Assembly (NCBI GenBank): GCA_021851895.1
Contig: JAJZQJ010000002.1
Span: 5,046 to 69,045 of the forward strand
DNA length: 64,000 nucleotides
Source of the DNA: a bacterium
Lineage (GTDB): Bacteria; Patescibacteriota; Minisyncoccia; Phycocordibacterales; UBA6899
Direction: 5' to 3'
Positions within the stretch are counted from its first letter, which is position 1. The number at the start of each line of letters is the position of its first letter. Below the pieces are notes generated by a model. The model was not told the origin of the DNA. It was given only the letters and a program-made list of their open reading frames with translations, and made no database searches. Shown here piece after piece: positions 37,517 through 47,477 of this stretch. The position numbers and the translations under genes were made by a program.

Positions 37517-38704
37517 TCACTTCGGCAGAATCGCAGTCCGAAGCGGAGCGAATCCGTTGAAGTTGACGGCGGCGTAGCTTGCCGTGTAGGCGCCCGTCGA
37601 GAGCAGGTAGATGCGGTCGCCTTCCTTGAGGGAGGCGGGAGCCGCATACAGATCCTTCTGGTACATGATGTCCGCGCTGTCGCAGGTGGGGCCCGCGATG
37701 ATCACATCGCCCCAATCCTCGCCACTTTCGTGTGCGTGATCGGGGAAGTAGATCGGGTAGCGGATGGCTTCGCCCTCAGTCTCGGCGAGTCCGCCGAAGC
37801 GGCCGATGTCGAGGAAGAGCCAGCGTACGGGATCGTTGTTCGACTTCTTGCTGATGCGGACGACCTCGGTGCAAAGCACACCAGCATCACCCGCGAGGGA
37901 GCGGCCGGGCTCGACGATGATGTCGAGGTCGTCGATCTTGAAGTCCTCGCGGAGGTACTGCATGACCGAGGACCCGTACTCTTCCTGGGTCTGCGTCGGC
38001 TTGAGGTACTCTGCGGGGAATCCTCCGCCGATGTTAATGCACTTCAGCGCGATGTCCTTCTCATGGAGGAGGGCGTCGAACAGGTGCTTCACCTGGGCGA
38101 GAGCAGTGTCCCACTGGCCGATGTCGCGCTGCTGGGAGCCGACATGGAACGCGATGCCGTACGGCACGAGTCCCAATTCTTTGGCCTTCACAGCGAGGCG
38201 GAACGCCATGCCGGGATGGCAGCCGAACTTGCGGGAGAGGGGCCAGTCGGCACCCTTTCCGTCGAGGATGATCCTGAAGTTGACCTTGGCGCCCGGGGCG
38301 CACTCGGCCAGGTTGATGAGGTCCTCCTCGGAGTCAGAGGTGTACAGCGTGACCCCATGCGTGAACGCGAACGCGATGTCCGCGCGCTTTTTGATGGGGT
38401 TGCCATAGCTGATCTTCTCACCGGTGATGCCGAGCGCGAGCAGCTGCTCGATCTCGGGCCGCGAGGCGACGTCGAAATTCGAGCCGCGCTTCGCGATCGA
38501 GGTGATCACCTCGTCCATCGGGCACGCCTTGATGGCGTAGAAAATGCGCGTGCCCGGCATCGAGCTCACCAGACGATCGTAGGCCGCATTGATGCGGTCA
38601 AGGTCGATGATGAGCAGCGGCGTCTGTTGCGTCTGCGCGAACTTCTGGATGTTCTCGAAGTCGAGCTGCGGAAGCAGCTGGGCCGCGCGGTTCTTGTTCT
38701 CCAC
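37517..38704 (-). CDS. ornithine/lysine decarboxylase (fold-type III PLP enzyme)
   Basis: FYAIKAC (PLP Lys), FDVAS, PLSRKFG, FHVGSQQ, EPGR, GPTCDSAD, GAYT. Confidence 0.92.
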   Translation of the reverse strand: MENKNRAAQLLPQLDFENIQKFAQTQQTPLLIIDLDRINAAYDRLVSSMPGTRIFYAIKACPMDEVITSIAKRGSNFDVASRPEIEQLLALGITGEKISYGNPIKKRADIAFAFTHGVTLYTSDSEEDLINLAECAPGAKVNFRIILDGKGADWPLSRKFGCHPGMAFRLAVKAKELGLVPYGIAFHVGSQQRDIGQWDTALAQVKHLFDALLHEKDIALKCINIGGGFPAEYLKPTQTQEEYGSSVMQYLREDFKIDDLDIIVEPGRSLAGDAGVLCTEVVRISKKSNNDPVRWLFLDIGRFGGLAETEGEAIRYPIYFPDHAHESGEDWGDVIIAGPTCDSADIMYQKDLYAAPASLKEGDRIYLLSTGAYTASYAAVNFNGFAPLRTAILPK

Positions 38705-38850
38705 TGGAGCTCCTTGTAGGGGAAAGAGCGGACAAGGAAATCTTGTCGTTCGGGGGATACAGTAGCATATATTTCAAAACATGCAAGTTGAAATATGTCA
38801 AGAAATGGGGAAAACATAACCCTATCTCTCCGCGATGCTATACTAAGTAT

Positions 38851-39336
38851 ATGATAAAACAAGCAGTATTTGCTGGCGGATGTTTTTGGGGTCTCGAGGA
38901 GCTCATTCGGAGACAAAAAGGGGTGGTGGATACCGAGGTTGGTTATGCGGGCGGGACAGAACCAGATCCTACGTATGAGCATCATCCTGGTTATGCTGAG
39001 TCGGTTGCGATCTCCTATGATGATACGAAGACCTCATATCGAGAATTACTCGATTTCTTCTTTCGCATACATGATCCAACAACACCGAACAGGCAAGGAG
39101 GAGACATCGGATCCTCTTATCGCTCTGCGATTTTCTATGGTGATGAGATAGAAAAGAAAGAGGCTGAAGATTTTATTCTGCTCGTCAATAAATCGGGGAG
39201 ATGGAAAGATCCCGTGGTGACAACGCTTGAACCCCTTACAAAATTTTACAAAGCAGAGGAGTATCACCAGGATTATCTCGAGAAGAATCCAGGCGGATAT
39301 ACTTGCCACTTTATTCGTTTTGGTAGCTATCTTTGA
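38851..39336 (+). CDS. msrA: peptide-methionine (S)-S-oxide reductase
   Basis: [31 protein letters not shown]. Confidence 0.95.
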   Translation: MIKQAVFAGGCFWGLEELIRRQKGVVDTEVGYAGGTEPDPTYEHHPGYAESVAISYDDTKTSYRELLDFFFRIHDPTTPNRQGGDIGSSYRSAIFYGDEIEKKEAEDFILLVNKSGRWKDPVVTTLEPLTKFYKAEEYHQDYLEKNPGGYTCHFIRFGSYL

Positions 39337-39338
39337 TC

Positions 39339-39722
39339 ATGCAATTGAATGAACTTTCACCAGAAGAGCATAGGGTGATCATCGATAAAGGTACAGAGTT
39401 ACCTTTTAGTGGAGAATATGATCAGAAGTTCGACAGTGGCATCTATGTGTGTCGCCAATGTGATACGCCACTCTATCGTTCCGAAGATAAATTTGATGCA
39501 CATTGCGGTTGGCCTGCTTTTGATGCTGAAATAGAAGGAGCGATCATCCATCATCCTGATCCCGATGGAGAGCGCACGGAGATCGCGTGTGCTCGATGTG
39601 GGGCACATTTGGGCCACGTTTTTCTGAATGAGCAGTTCACTCCAAAGAACGTGCGCCATTGTGTGAATTCGTTGTCATTGAAATTCGTACCCGGCGGGGA
39701 TACTGAATCCCTTGCCAAGTAG
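39339..39722 (+). CDS. msrB: peptide-methionine (R)-S-oxide reductase
   Basis: [34 protein letters not shown]. Confidence 0.95.
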   Translation: MQLNELSPEEHRVIIDKGTELPFSGEYDQKFDSGIYVCRQCDTPLYRSEDKFDAHCGWPAFDAEIEGAIIHHPDPDGERTEIACARCGAHLGHVFLNEQFTPKNVRHCVNSLSLKFVPGGDTESLAK

Positions 39723-39748
39723 GTTGGAAGCCCTTACTCTTATGTCAT

Positions 39749-40150
39749 ATGCTGAAAGATTTCAAACAATTCTTGCTTCGTGGTAATGTCGTCGATCTTG
39801 CCGTCGGTGTCGTTGTCGGAGCTTCGTTTGGCGCCGTGGTCACTGCGCTTGTCGCTGATGTGCTCACACCCTTTATTGCGGCCATTGCAAAAGTGCCCGA
39901 TTTTTCTGGTATTGCATTCACGCTTAATGGGAGTAAGTTTCCCATCGGCCATTTCATGAATGCGCTTGTGTCATTTATCTTGGTATCGACCGCAGTATTC
40001 TTTTTTGTCGTTAAGCCGATGAATCATCTCATTGCTCGGTCCCGAAAGGAGGTTCCTGCTGATCCGACGACAAAAAAGTGCACAGAATGTCTTAGTGAGA
40101 TCCCTATTGAAGCAAAGCGATGTGCACATTGTGCACAGGTGCAAATATGA
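39749..40150 (+). CDS. mscL: large-conductance mechanosensitive channel with C-terminal Cys ribbon
   Basis: FKQFLLRGNVVDLAVGVVVGASFGAVV; C-terminal CxxC...CxxC. Confidence 0.93.
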   Translation: MLKDFKQFLLRGNVVDLAVGVVVGASFGAVVTALVADVLTPFIAAIAKVPDFSGIAFTLNGSKFPIGHFMNALVSFILVSTAVFFFVVKPMNHLIARSRKEVPADPTTKKCTECLSEIPIEAKRCAHCAQVQI

Positions 40151-40311
40151 AGAACAGGCATGATAAAAAACCGCTGCCAATGGCGGTTTTTTGCATTGCG
40201 CCAAATATTACAACACGAAATGGCATTCTGTCTTCATCACAAAAACTTCATCTGGGTGTCATAATATAATAAGCATGAGTAGCTCTCGTAGTTACTCCTT
40301 AATTTATATTT

Positions 40312-40890
40312 ATGCAGATCATCGTACTTATTTTACTCACGCTCTCAGGGGGACTTTCCTATATTGCAAAGAGCGCGCTTCCTGGTGACATGCTCTATCC
40401 TGTGAAGACGGGAATAGACGAACCCATCGAAGAGGCTTTGGCGTTTGGTCCTGAGGCGAAAAGTGCCGTTCACGTCAGTCATGCCCTTGAGCGCCTTTCC
40501 GAGATCGCACAGTTGCAATCAGCGGGTAAGCTTTCTCATCGTGACGAGGTCTTCACAAAATTCGCTTTTGAAAATGAACTCAGTAAAGTGAACGCTGATA
40601 TTGAAACATTAAATACAATAAAGAACTACCGAGTCGCACGAGAGGTCGAGAAGACCATGCGCGAAGGAATGCAAAGAAGTCCGGTGCTCGCGACACTCTA
40701 TGGCAATCAACAGGCAACGAGCAGCGATAAGAATATCGCTGACGGTGCTTTGGTGGAAGGTCAGCAGGATAGACCGACAACCCCTACGACTGCACCAGTG
40801 CTTTCCTCTACGACGAAATACGTCCCCAAGCTCTTACCGCCCCGAAATAATATCTCTCGCGGAGATGATAATGAGGAGGAAGACGACTAG
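40312..40890 (+). CDS. DUF5667-like exported protein
   Basis: Signal-like N-terminus then ALPGDMLYPVK...E...ERLSE. Confidence 0.7.
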   Translation: MQIIVLILLTLSGGLSYIAKSALPGDMLYPVKTGIDEPIEEALAFGPEAKSAVHVSHALERLSEIAQLQSAGKLSHRDEVFTKFAFENELSKVNADIETLNTIKNYRVAREVEKTMREGMQRSPVLATLYGNQQATSSDKNIADGALVEGQQDRPTTPTTAPVLSSTTKYVPKLLPPRNNISRGDDNEEEDD

Positions 40891-40902
40891 AAGTACATAC
40901 AC

Positions 40903-41481
40903 ATGAAAAAATATTTTCTTTCTATATTCACCATATTGTCCTTTGTGGGCTACGCGCTCTATGAGCGTCAGGTAAACCCTGCACCGCCACTTATCGACAA
41001 TACGATCACTGCAACTGCAGGAAATGGACGGCCAGGACGAACCCTGGCAGTAACTGATATTGTCACACCTCCTACGGTGACGACGAACACTCCGACGCCA
41101 GAGGGTAGGGTGCCAAAGCCTATTCCAACTCCAGTAACTCCCGTGACGAAGCCTGCGCCTACACCTGCGCCGACACCAGCACCCGTTGCTCTTGGAAAGT
41201 TTAAGGATGGCACATATGATGGAGACATTGCTGATGTTTATTATGGTCTCGTGCAGGTGCGCGCGGTCGTACAAGGCGGTAAGCTCGTCGATGTCGTCTG
41301 GCTTAATTATCCGCAGGATAACCAGACCTCACTCAGTAAGAGTGCCCGAGCACGTCCTCTATTGACCGCAGAAGCTATCGCAGCACAAGATGCTCAGGTG
41401 GATCGTGTTTCTGGTGCATCCGCAACGAGCGGCGGTTTCGTAGATTCTCTTGCGTCTGCATTGCTCCAGGCAAAAGCATAG
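40903..41481 (+). CDS. membrane-anchored FMN-binding (flavinylated) protein
   Basis: TM anchor, Pro/Thr linker, FKDGTYDG, YGLVQV, flavinylation motif VDRVSGASATS. Confidence 0.88.
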   Translation: MKKYFLSIFTILSFVGYALYERQVNPAPPLIDNTITATAGNGRPGRTLAVTDIVTPPTVTTNTPTPEGRVPKPIPTPVTPVTKPAPTPAPTPAPVALGKFKDGTYDGDIADVYYGLVQVRAVVQGGKLVDVVWLNYPQDNQTSLSKSARARPLLTAEAIAAQDAQVDRVSGASATSGGFVDSLASALLQAKA

Positions 41482-41484
41482 CTT

Positions 41485-42231
41485 ATGAAAATGATGCGTA
41501 CCTACATGACGATGCCATGCATCGTCGAGATAGTCGACGCGAATGCTGATGTGAAAGACATCGAGGCAGTCTTTGATTATTTCCAACATACCGACGAGTC
41601 ATTCAGTTATTTCAAGCCCACAAGCGAGCTTTCCGCGATAAACTCAGGGAAGTTGAAGCTCGAGGATGCAAGCGCTGAAATGCGCGAGATCTTTGCGCTT
41701 TGCGAAAAGACCAAGGAGCAAACCGATGGATTCTTCGATATTCTGCAGCCTGACGGAACATATAACACCTCAGGGCTTGTGAAGGGACTCGCAGTGCATC
41801 GTGGCGCCGAGATCTTGCGCAGGCGCGGATACAAGAATTTTTGCGTTGAGATCGCAGGCGATATGGAGGTCTCTGGACACAATGAAGACGGTACGGATTG
41901 GGTGATCGGCATACAGAATCCATTCAATAGATACGAAGTCATCAAACGCGTCGCGTTGACCAATAAAGGTATCGCGACCTCTGGTGTTTATGAAAGAGGG
42001 AGCCATATTTATAATCCAAAGGACTGGACGGATAAGATCGAGAAGATCGTCGGACTTACGGTCATCGGCCCGAATGTTTATGAGGCGGATCGTTTTGCGA
42101 CCGCGTGCTATGCGATGGGGGAGGAAGGCATATACTTCCTCGAGTACCTCGATGGTTTCGAGGGCTATCTCGTCGGTAGTAATGGAATCGCGATGATGAC
42201 GACAGGATTCGCAAAATACATAATTACTTAA
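41485..42231 (+). CDS. apbE: FAD:protein FMN transferase (ApbE family)
   Basis: FSYFKPTSELS.IN, T.GFFD, GLVKG, AGD, IATSG.YERG.HI..P, ADRFATA. Confidence 0.9.
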   Translation: MKMMRTYMTMPCIVEIVDANADVKDIEAVFDYFQHTDESFSYFKPTSELSAINSGKLKLEDASAEMREIFALCEKTKEQTDGFFDILQPDGTYNTSGLVKGLAVHRGAEILRRRGYKNFCVEIAGDMEVSGHNEDGTDWVIGIQNPFNRYEVIKRVALTNKGIATSGVYERGSHIYNPKDWTDKIEKIVGLTVIGPNVYEADRFATACYAMGEEGIYFLEYLDGFEGYLVGSNGIAMMTTGFAKYIIT

Positions 42232-42238
42232 CGAAACT

Positions 42239-43762
42239 ATGATGAAATTCATCGACAGTATTCTCAATCGTTTCACCATGTATAGGGTCGTGCTCTATTA
42301 TCTCATAGGGCTTTTCGTCATCGCACTCCTTTTTGGTGCGTTTGGGATAATAGCGTATAACCCCGCTTATCTGCTTGCAGAGGCAGCGTTCATCATCGCA
42401 GTGAGCTGGCTCACAAATGAGATCTTTTCGCGAGCGTTCAATGCACCAACAAACGTCGAGTCGGTGTATATCACCGCACTCATTTTGACGCTGCTCATCA
42501 CTCCTGGAAAACCTATGGAGATGATGGGTATGTACTTCTGGTCAGCAGTGATCGCGATGGCCGCAAAATATATCTTCGCGTTCAAGAAGCAGCATATATT
42601 CAATCCTGTCGCGATTGCCGCGGTCATCATGGCCTTCGCGACCAATCAGGTTGTCGATTGGTGGGTGGCCGGCACACCAGTGTTGTTTCCATTCGTATTC
42701 TTCGGTGGCTTGCTCATTGTGCGTAAGTTGAAGCGCACTGAAACGCTGGCCGCATTCTTTGGTGTTTTCGCGTTCGTGACCGTGGCAAATATCGTGATCA
42801 ATGGAGGCAACCTGCTCACAACAATAGTAAATGTGTTCTTACGCTCGCCGATCTTCTTCCTCGGTTTTGTGATGCTCACAGAGCCGCTTACCGCTCCGAC
42901 ACGCAAGATCCCTCGTATTGTTTATGGAGCACTTGTTGGTGCACTTGCGGTCCCGAGTGTGAAATACTTCGGCATGAATACGACGCCAGAACTCGCGCTC
43001 GTTATAGGAAACGTCTTTGCATTCAGTATCACTGCGCGAGATCGCGTCATGCTGTCTCTAAGGAAGGCACAGTCGCTCGCGCTGAATACTTATGAATTCA
43101 TCTTCCATCCTGATAGGGTGCCGAAGTTTCATCCGGGGCAATATATGGAATGGACGTTACCGCACGAGAAGAGCGATTCACGCGGCACGCGACGTTACTT
43201 CACGATCGCCTCATCGCCTACAGAGAAGGATTTCTTGCTTGGCATAAAAGCGTTCCCTGAAGGGAGTTCATACAAGAAAGCATTATTGCAGATGGGAGGA
43301 GGCGAGATGATGACTGCAGCACAGGTTGCTGGCGATTTCATTCTTCCGAAAGACCCAAAGAAGAAGCTCGTATTCATCGCAGGCGGTATCGGCATCACTC
43401 CATTTCGCAGTATGCTGAAGTATCTCGTCGACATGAATGAGCACCGCGATATTGTTGTCTTCTATTTGAATAAGGTTGCGGGGGAGATCGCATACACTGA
43501 TGTGCTCGAGGAGGCGTCAAATAAGCTCGGCATACGTACCGTCTTCGTGCTTACTGATCCCGGCGCGGCAAAGGGACATGTGTGGGCTGAGGGCGGACCT
43601 TGTGATGCGGCGATGATACAAAAGTACGTCCCTGATTTCAATGCACGAACATTTTATATATCTGGTCCTCATGGTATGGTCGATGCATTCGAGCGGATGC
43701 TCACGACAATGGGTGTTCCGAAAAAACAAGTCACCGTCGACTTCTTCCCAGGATTCGCTTAG
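42239..43762 (+). CDS. RnfD/NqrB-like membrane domain fused to an FNR-type FAD/NAD(P)H oxidoreductase
   Basis: KQHIFNP, MLTEPLTAP (RnfD-like); RYFTIASSP, FIAGGIGITPFRSM, YISGP (FNR). Confidence 0.85.
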   Translation: MMKFIDSILNRFTMYRVVLYYLIGLFVIALLFGAFGIIAYNPAYLLAEAAFIIAVSWLTNEIFSRAFNAPTNVESVYITALILTLLITPGKPMEMMGMYFWSAVIAMAAKYIFAFKKQHIFNPVAIAAVIMAFATNQVVDWWVAGTPVLFPFVFFGGLLIVRKLKRTETLAAFFGVFAFVTVANIVINGGNLLTTIVNVFLRSPIFFLGFVMLTEPLTAPTRKIPRIVYGALVGALAVPSVKYFGMNTTPELALVIGNVFAFSITARDRVMLSLRKAQSLALNTYEFIFHPDRVPKFHPGQYMEWTLPHEKSDSRGTRRYFTIASSPTEKDFLLGIKAFPEGSSYKKALLQMGGGEMMTAAQVAGDFILPKDPKKKLVFIAGGIGITPFRSMLKYLVDMNEHRDIVVFYLNKVAGEIAYTDVLEEASNKLGIRTVFVLTDPGAAKGHVWAEGGPCDAAMIQKYVPDFNARTFYISGPHGMVDAFERMLTTMGVPKKQVTVDFFPGFA

Positions 43763-43817
43763 TTGTAAAAATTCGAGGCATTGCCTCGAATTTTTGTTCA
43801 GGTGTATACTATGAATA

Positions 43818-44171
43818 ATGTCTATGAAAAAATATTTTCAAGAAATTCGCGAATATTTAAATGACAACCCTGAGGGCTATTGGTTCAAAGCGAAGCTCTA
43901 TGGTTGGGGCTGGACTCCTGCACGTAAGGAAGGTTGGTGGACGATAGGCATATTCATTTTGCTCATCATAGTGCTCTCCATGCAACTACAGCCACATATG
44001 GAATTACGGCAGATGCTCCCGACATTCTTTCTCCCATTGTTCTTACTTATCATCGCATTGACGGTGATCATGTTTGCAAAAGGTGAGCGACCTCGCTGGC
44101 AATGGGGTGTACCAAAGAAAAAAAGTAACCGATCAACTGATTCAGAAAATAACGAAAATACCCCTGTATAA
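43818..44171 (+). CDS. small 2-TM membrane protein
   Basis: WFKAKLYGWGWTP...EGW, KGERPRWQWG. Confidence 0.75.
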   Translation: MSMKKYFQEIREYLNDNPEGYWFKAKLYGWGWTPARKEGWWTIGIFILLIIVLSMQLQPHMELRQMLPTFFLPLFLLIIALTVIMFAKGERPRWQWGVPKKKSNRSTDSENNENTPV

Positions 44172-44316
44172 GGGGATTTTTTGTCTCATGAGACCTTCAT
44201 CTCCTCTTTGTATGATTTCACAAGCATAGGAGAGTGCCTTATAGGAACGATTCACATTTTCCTATCGATGCCATCGATCGTGGTGGTAGTTTATCATCTA
44301 ACTCACTAACATAATA

Positions 44317-45144
44317 ATGAATAAAAGATATTTATCCTTTTTTGTTTTGATGGGCCTTGCGCTTGTTGCCGGCACAGCGCAAAAGGCGTCTGCGGAAGAT
44401 GTTACAACAGGAGATACTCGAGCACAAATCGGACATCACGAGGGCTTTGAGCGTGGACCTGGCATTTGGAAAACGCAAAATGGTGTATTTGGTGTGGTCA
44501 CGGGCGTGAGTGGCTCGGCGATCACGCTTGATGCAACGCAGCGACAGAACGTGGCTGCCGCAGTAAAGACATATACTGTGGACACTACTAATGCGAAGTT
44601 TATAAAAAACGGAGCAGAAAGTACACTCAGTGCGATCGCAATGGGCGACCATATCATGGTCCAGGGTACAGTGAATGGACAGAATGTGACTGCGACTCTC
44701 GTCCGCGACGGAATGGAATTTGGAGGCCCGCGAGAGGGTGTGGGGATGGCGACAGGTACGCGCGCGTCTCGTGGTCGTGGGATAGAGCATTCGGCAGTCG
44801 CAGGGCTTCCTACGGGTAATGGGCAGCCGGTCATTGCGGGAACAGTGACTGAAGTACGTGGGAATGCGGTGACGATCACCAATCGCGGGAATATCCCATA
44901 CACTGTTGACGTGACGAATGCGAATATTCAAAAAGCAGGAGCTACATCTACGGCTTCAGGTATTGCTGTCGGTGATAACGTGATTGTGCAGGGTTCAGTA
45001 TCAGGGACTACGATCACCGCAACTTCGTTTATCGATCGAGGGGTGATGCCAACAGTACAGGCCAACGCAAATGACGCACCTGCTCCGCAATCTCGCGTGG
45101 GGATATGGGGGCATGTGAAAAATTTCTTCAGTCGATTCTTCTAA
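44317..45144 (+). CDS. exported DUF5666-like protein with two OB-fold repeats
   Basis: Signal peptide (ASA|); repeated G.VT.V.G..IT...YTVD.TNA...I..GD...VQG.V.G..TA. Confidence 0.75.
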   Translation: MNKRYLSFFVLMGLALVAGTAQKASAEDVTTGDTRAQIGHHEGFERGPGIWKTQNGVFGVVTGVSGSAITLDATQRQNVAAAVKTYTVDTTNAKFIKNGAESTLSAIAMGDHIMVQGTVNGQNVTATLVRDGMEFGGPREGVGMATGTRASRGRGIEHSAVAGLPTGNGQPVIAGTVTEVRGNAVTITNRGNIPYTVDVTNANIQKAGATSTASGIAVGDNVIVQGSVSGTTITATSFIDRGVMPTVQANANDAPAPQSRVGIWGHVKNFFSRFF

Positions 45145-45195
45145 GTTTGCAAAAGGAGCATTCGTGCTCTTTTTGTTTTGCGCTATACTATGTAT

Positions 45196-45501
45196 ATGAA
45201 CCTACTTGAACTACAAGAATGGGTCAGGGCTGATTGGGAACAGCATTCACCTGTGAGGCCCGATCCACATATGCAGCTGCTTTACCTCTTTGAAGAGCTC
45301 GGTGAAATGGCCGAGGCGATCCGTCAGAGATCGGGGCAAAAAGAACATGCGACACACACGACTGATCTTGGAGAAGAGATGGGCGATGTGCTCGTCGCAC
45401 TTGCAACGGTTGCAAATAATTATCAGGTCGATCTTGAAGAGGCTTTCGAGAAGGCGAGGGCGAAGATCGAAGCACGACATAAGTTGGGCACTGAAGCATA
45501 A
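45196..45501 (+). CDS. MazG-like nucleotide pyrophosphohydrolase
   Basis: LFEELGEMAEAI...LGEEMGDVL. Confidence 0.88.
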   Translation: MNLLELQEWVRADWEQHSPVRPDPHMQLLYLFEELGEMAEAIRQRSGQKEHATHTTDLGEEMGDVLVALATVANNYQVDLEEAFEKARAKIEARHKLGTEA

Positions 45502-45519
45502 AACCGGCATATGCCGGTT

Positions 45520-46374
45520 TTAATTTGGAAAGATATCGCGAAGCTCCGTTGAGTCGAAGAATGCCTTGCCAAGTTCACCATAGGTATAATCTCTTCCGCC
45601 GGTTGTGATGATGGCGCCACCCGGAGTTGGGTGATCATGAGGCGTAGAGTGTTTAAAACCGATGTTGAAGAGGGTGACGATCGTTCCAGGATCTTTTTCG
45701 ATATCGAATCCTGATCTTTTCCATTGCGCTGCGATCTCTTTTATGAAGAGTGCGGTATAGAGGTAGGAGTAACGGTGATTCTTTGGATCAGTCAGGCGAT
45801 CATAGAGCGTCTTGTCGTGGTCTTCTCCAGGCGCATAGGCGATAAGTGGCGCATATTCGGGGCCTGGATAGAAGGGGGAGGTGGGGTCGTTCGCATATTG
45901 TTCTATCTCGAGCGCAGTATCCTGTTTGATGCCCGAGACACCGAGGGAGAATTTTGATAGTGAACCAAGAATCTTGAGTGGCTCAAAATAGCGCTTGAAT
46001 ACCTCACGCTCCGCGGTGAAGAATCGGGTTTGCTCGGGTACGACGATCGCAGCAATGAGTCGTGGTGATACTCCTACGTCCTTCGCAGTGTCTTCAATGA
46101 TCTGCTTATCTTTCGTGAGCCCACCACTTACCACCTGCCATTCACGCGTTTCGTTCCAGTTGCAGATAGTTGCGCCATTTGTACATGATCGTTCATCCTG
46201 ACCAGTTCTCGTATTCGACGAGCTTGTCGCAAAGAAATCGTTTCGCGCGTTTATCGATCCTCGTACGTTAAAAATGCCGAACTGCATGCCGACGAAAACG
46301 AATGAAAATATAAAACCGATGAGTGCGAACATGAGTATGATCGCGATGCCGACAAGTCGAAGATTTTTTCGCAT
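45520..46374 (-). CDS. membrane-anchored protein with possible lysozyme/SLT-like fold
   Basis: N-terminal TM; VSPRLIAAIVVPE, SLGVSGIK, TLFNIG; start reassigned to 46374. Confidence 0.6.
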   Translation of the reverse strand: MRKNLRLVGIAIILMFALIGFIFSFVFVGMQFGIFNVRGSINARNDFFATSSSNTRTGQDERSCTNGATICNWNETREWQVVSGGLTKDKQIIEDTAKDVGVSPRLIAAIVVPEQTRFFTAEREVFKRYFEPLKILGSLSKFSLGVSGIKQDTALEIEQYANDPTSPFYPGPEYAPLIAYAPGEDHDKTLYDRLTDPKNHRYSYLYTALFIKEIAAQWKRSGFDIEKDPGTIVTLFNIGFKHSTPHDHPTPGGAIITTGGRDYTYGELGKAFFDSTELRDIFPN

Positions 46375-46470
46375 CGGAGTGATTATGCAATATTCGGTGA
46401 TTTTGGGCAAGCGAGACGTGCGGGTGTCGTCGTGTGCTATACTATTGTCATATAGGTAACATGAAATGAT

Positions 46471-46818
46471 ATGGAGCAGGGTAAAACACACATAGGGTTG
46501 GGCGTGCACGAAGGGAGTGTGCTCCACGGCAAAAGAGGGGTACTTCTTCTCGTCAGCTCGTTGTTCATACTCTCTTTGCTCCTTACGGTCATTGGCTTGT
46601 TGTTCTCTGGAGGTGGGATATGGGCACTCGTGTTCATCGTTCTTTGGCTCTTGTTTCTGGTGTACCTTTTTCGATTCTCTCAAGGATATTTCGGTCTATG
46701 GAAGATCTCGCTTGTTTTTTTGGTGTATGTCATATTGCTTTCGTTTTTGTTTTTCTCTGCACTTTCACACAATACTCCGGCGGGTGGCGTGCAAGTATCA
46801 TCGGCCACTCGACCTTGA
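46471..46818 (+). CDS. small membrane protein
   Basis: Three hydrophobic helices; fills the gap once the opposite ORF start is corrected. Confidence 0.6.
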   Translation: MEQGKTHIGLGVHEGSVLHGKRGVLLLVSSLFILSLLLTVIGLLFSGGGIWALVFIVLWLLFLVYLFRFSQGYFGLWKISLVFLVYVILLSFLFFSALSHNTPAGGVQVSSATRP

Positions 46819-46879
46819 GTGCTGGTTGATAAAATATGATTTTCGAGTAATCTGGTGAAAGCTCGTTCTTGGAGATTCT

Positions 46880-47425
46880 ATGTACTTCGTCATTGGTTCA
46901 ACGAACCCTTCGAAGATCTGCGCACTGACCGAAGTTCTTGTTGAGTACGATGAATTCAAGCATGCCTCACTGAGCTCCGTGAAGACGGCGTCAGGTGTCT
47001 CGGAGCAGCCCATGTCGCTCGAAGAGATTTGCCTTGGTGCGAGGAATAGGGCGTATGAAGCTTTTCATTCAAGGGCGGGCGCCGCTGATTACGGGGTCGG
47101 CTTAGAGAGCGGTCTCATCTTGGTGCCTGGGACAAAGACGGGCATGATGGCCACCTCGGCATGCATGATCTATGACGGGGTAGTGTTTGCTCCCGGTCTT
47201 TCTTCTGCCTTCGAATGTCCGGCAAAGGTCATTAGGCTCGTTAAGGAAGGCGGCTTAGATCTCAATCGCGCTTTCCACGATGCGGGATTGAGCAATAATC
47301 TCAAACTTGGAAACGAAGGTGGGGCGATCGGAGAGCTCTCTAAGGGGCATGTGAGTCGTTCGCAGTACATGATGCAAGCGATCCGTATGGCGCTCATTCA
47401 TCTGCAGAATCCCGAATTGTATTGA
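46880..47425 (+). CDS. yjjX: inosine/xanthosine triphosphatase (YjjX family)
   Basis: GSTNPSK, SGVSEQPMS.EE..GARNRA, VGLESG, GGAIG.LS.G...R. Confidence 0.9.
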   Translation: MYFVIGSTNPSKICALTEVLVEYDEFKHASLSSVKTASGVSEQPMSLEEICLGARNRAYEAFHSRAGAADYGVGLESGLILVPGTKTGMMATSACMIYDGVVFAPGLSSAFECPAKVIRLVKEGGLDLNRAFHDAGLSNNLKLGNEGGAIGELSKGHVSRSQYMMQAIRMALIHLQNPELY

Positions 47426-47477
47426 CCCAAGCGGCCGCTTGAAGGCCGCTTTTCAATTGCATGGTATAATATTCTAT

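Noticed and set aside
37730-38719. 329-aa plus-strand ORF
   Set aside because: Antisense shadow of the ornithine decarboxylase
45520-46683. Extended 387-aa version of the ORF, and similar 5' extensions at 16133, 37647, 38743 and 49995
   Set aside because: The extensions run through promoters, terminators or opposite-strand genes; downstream ATGs fit the domain boundaries
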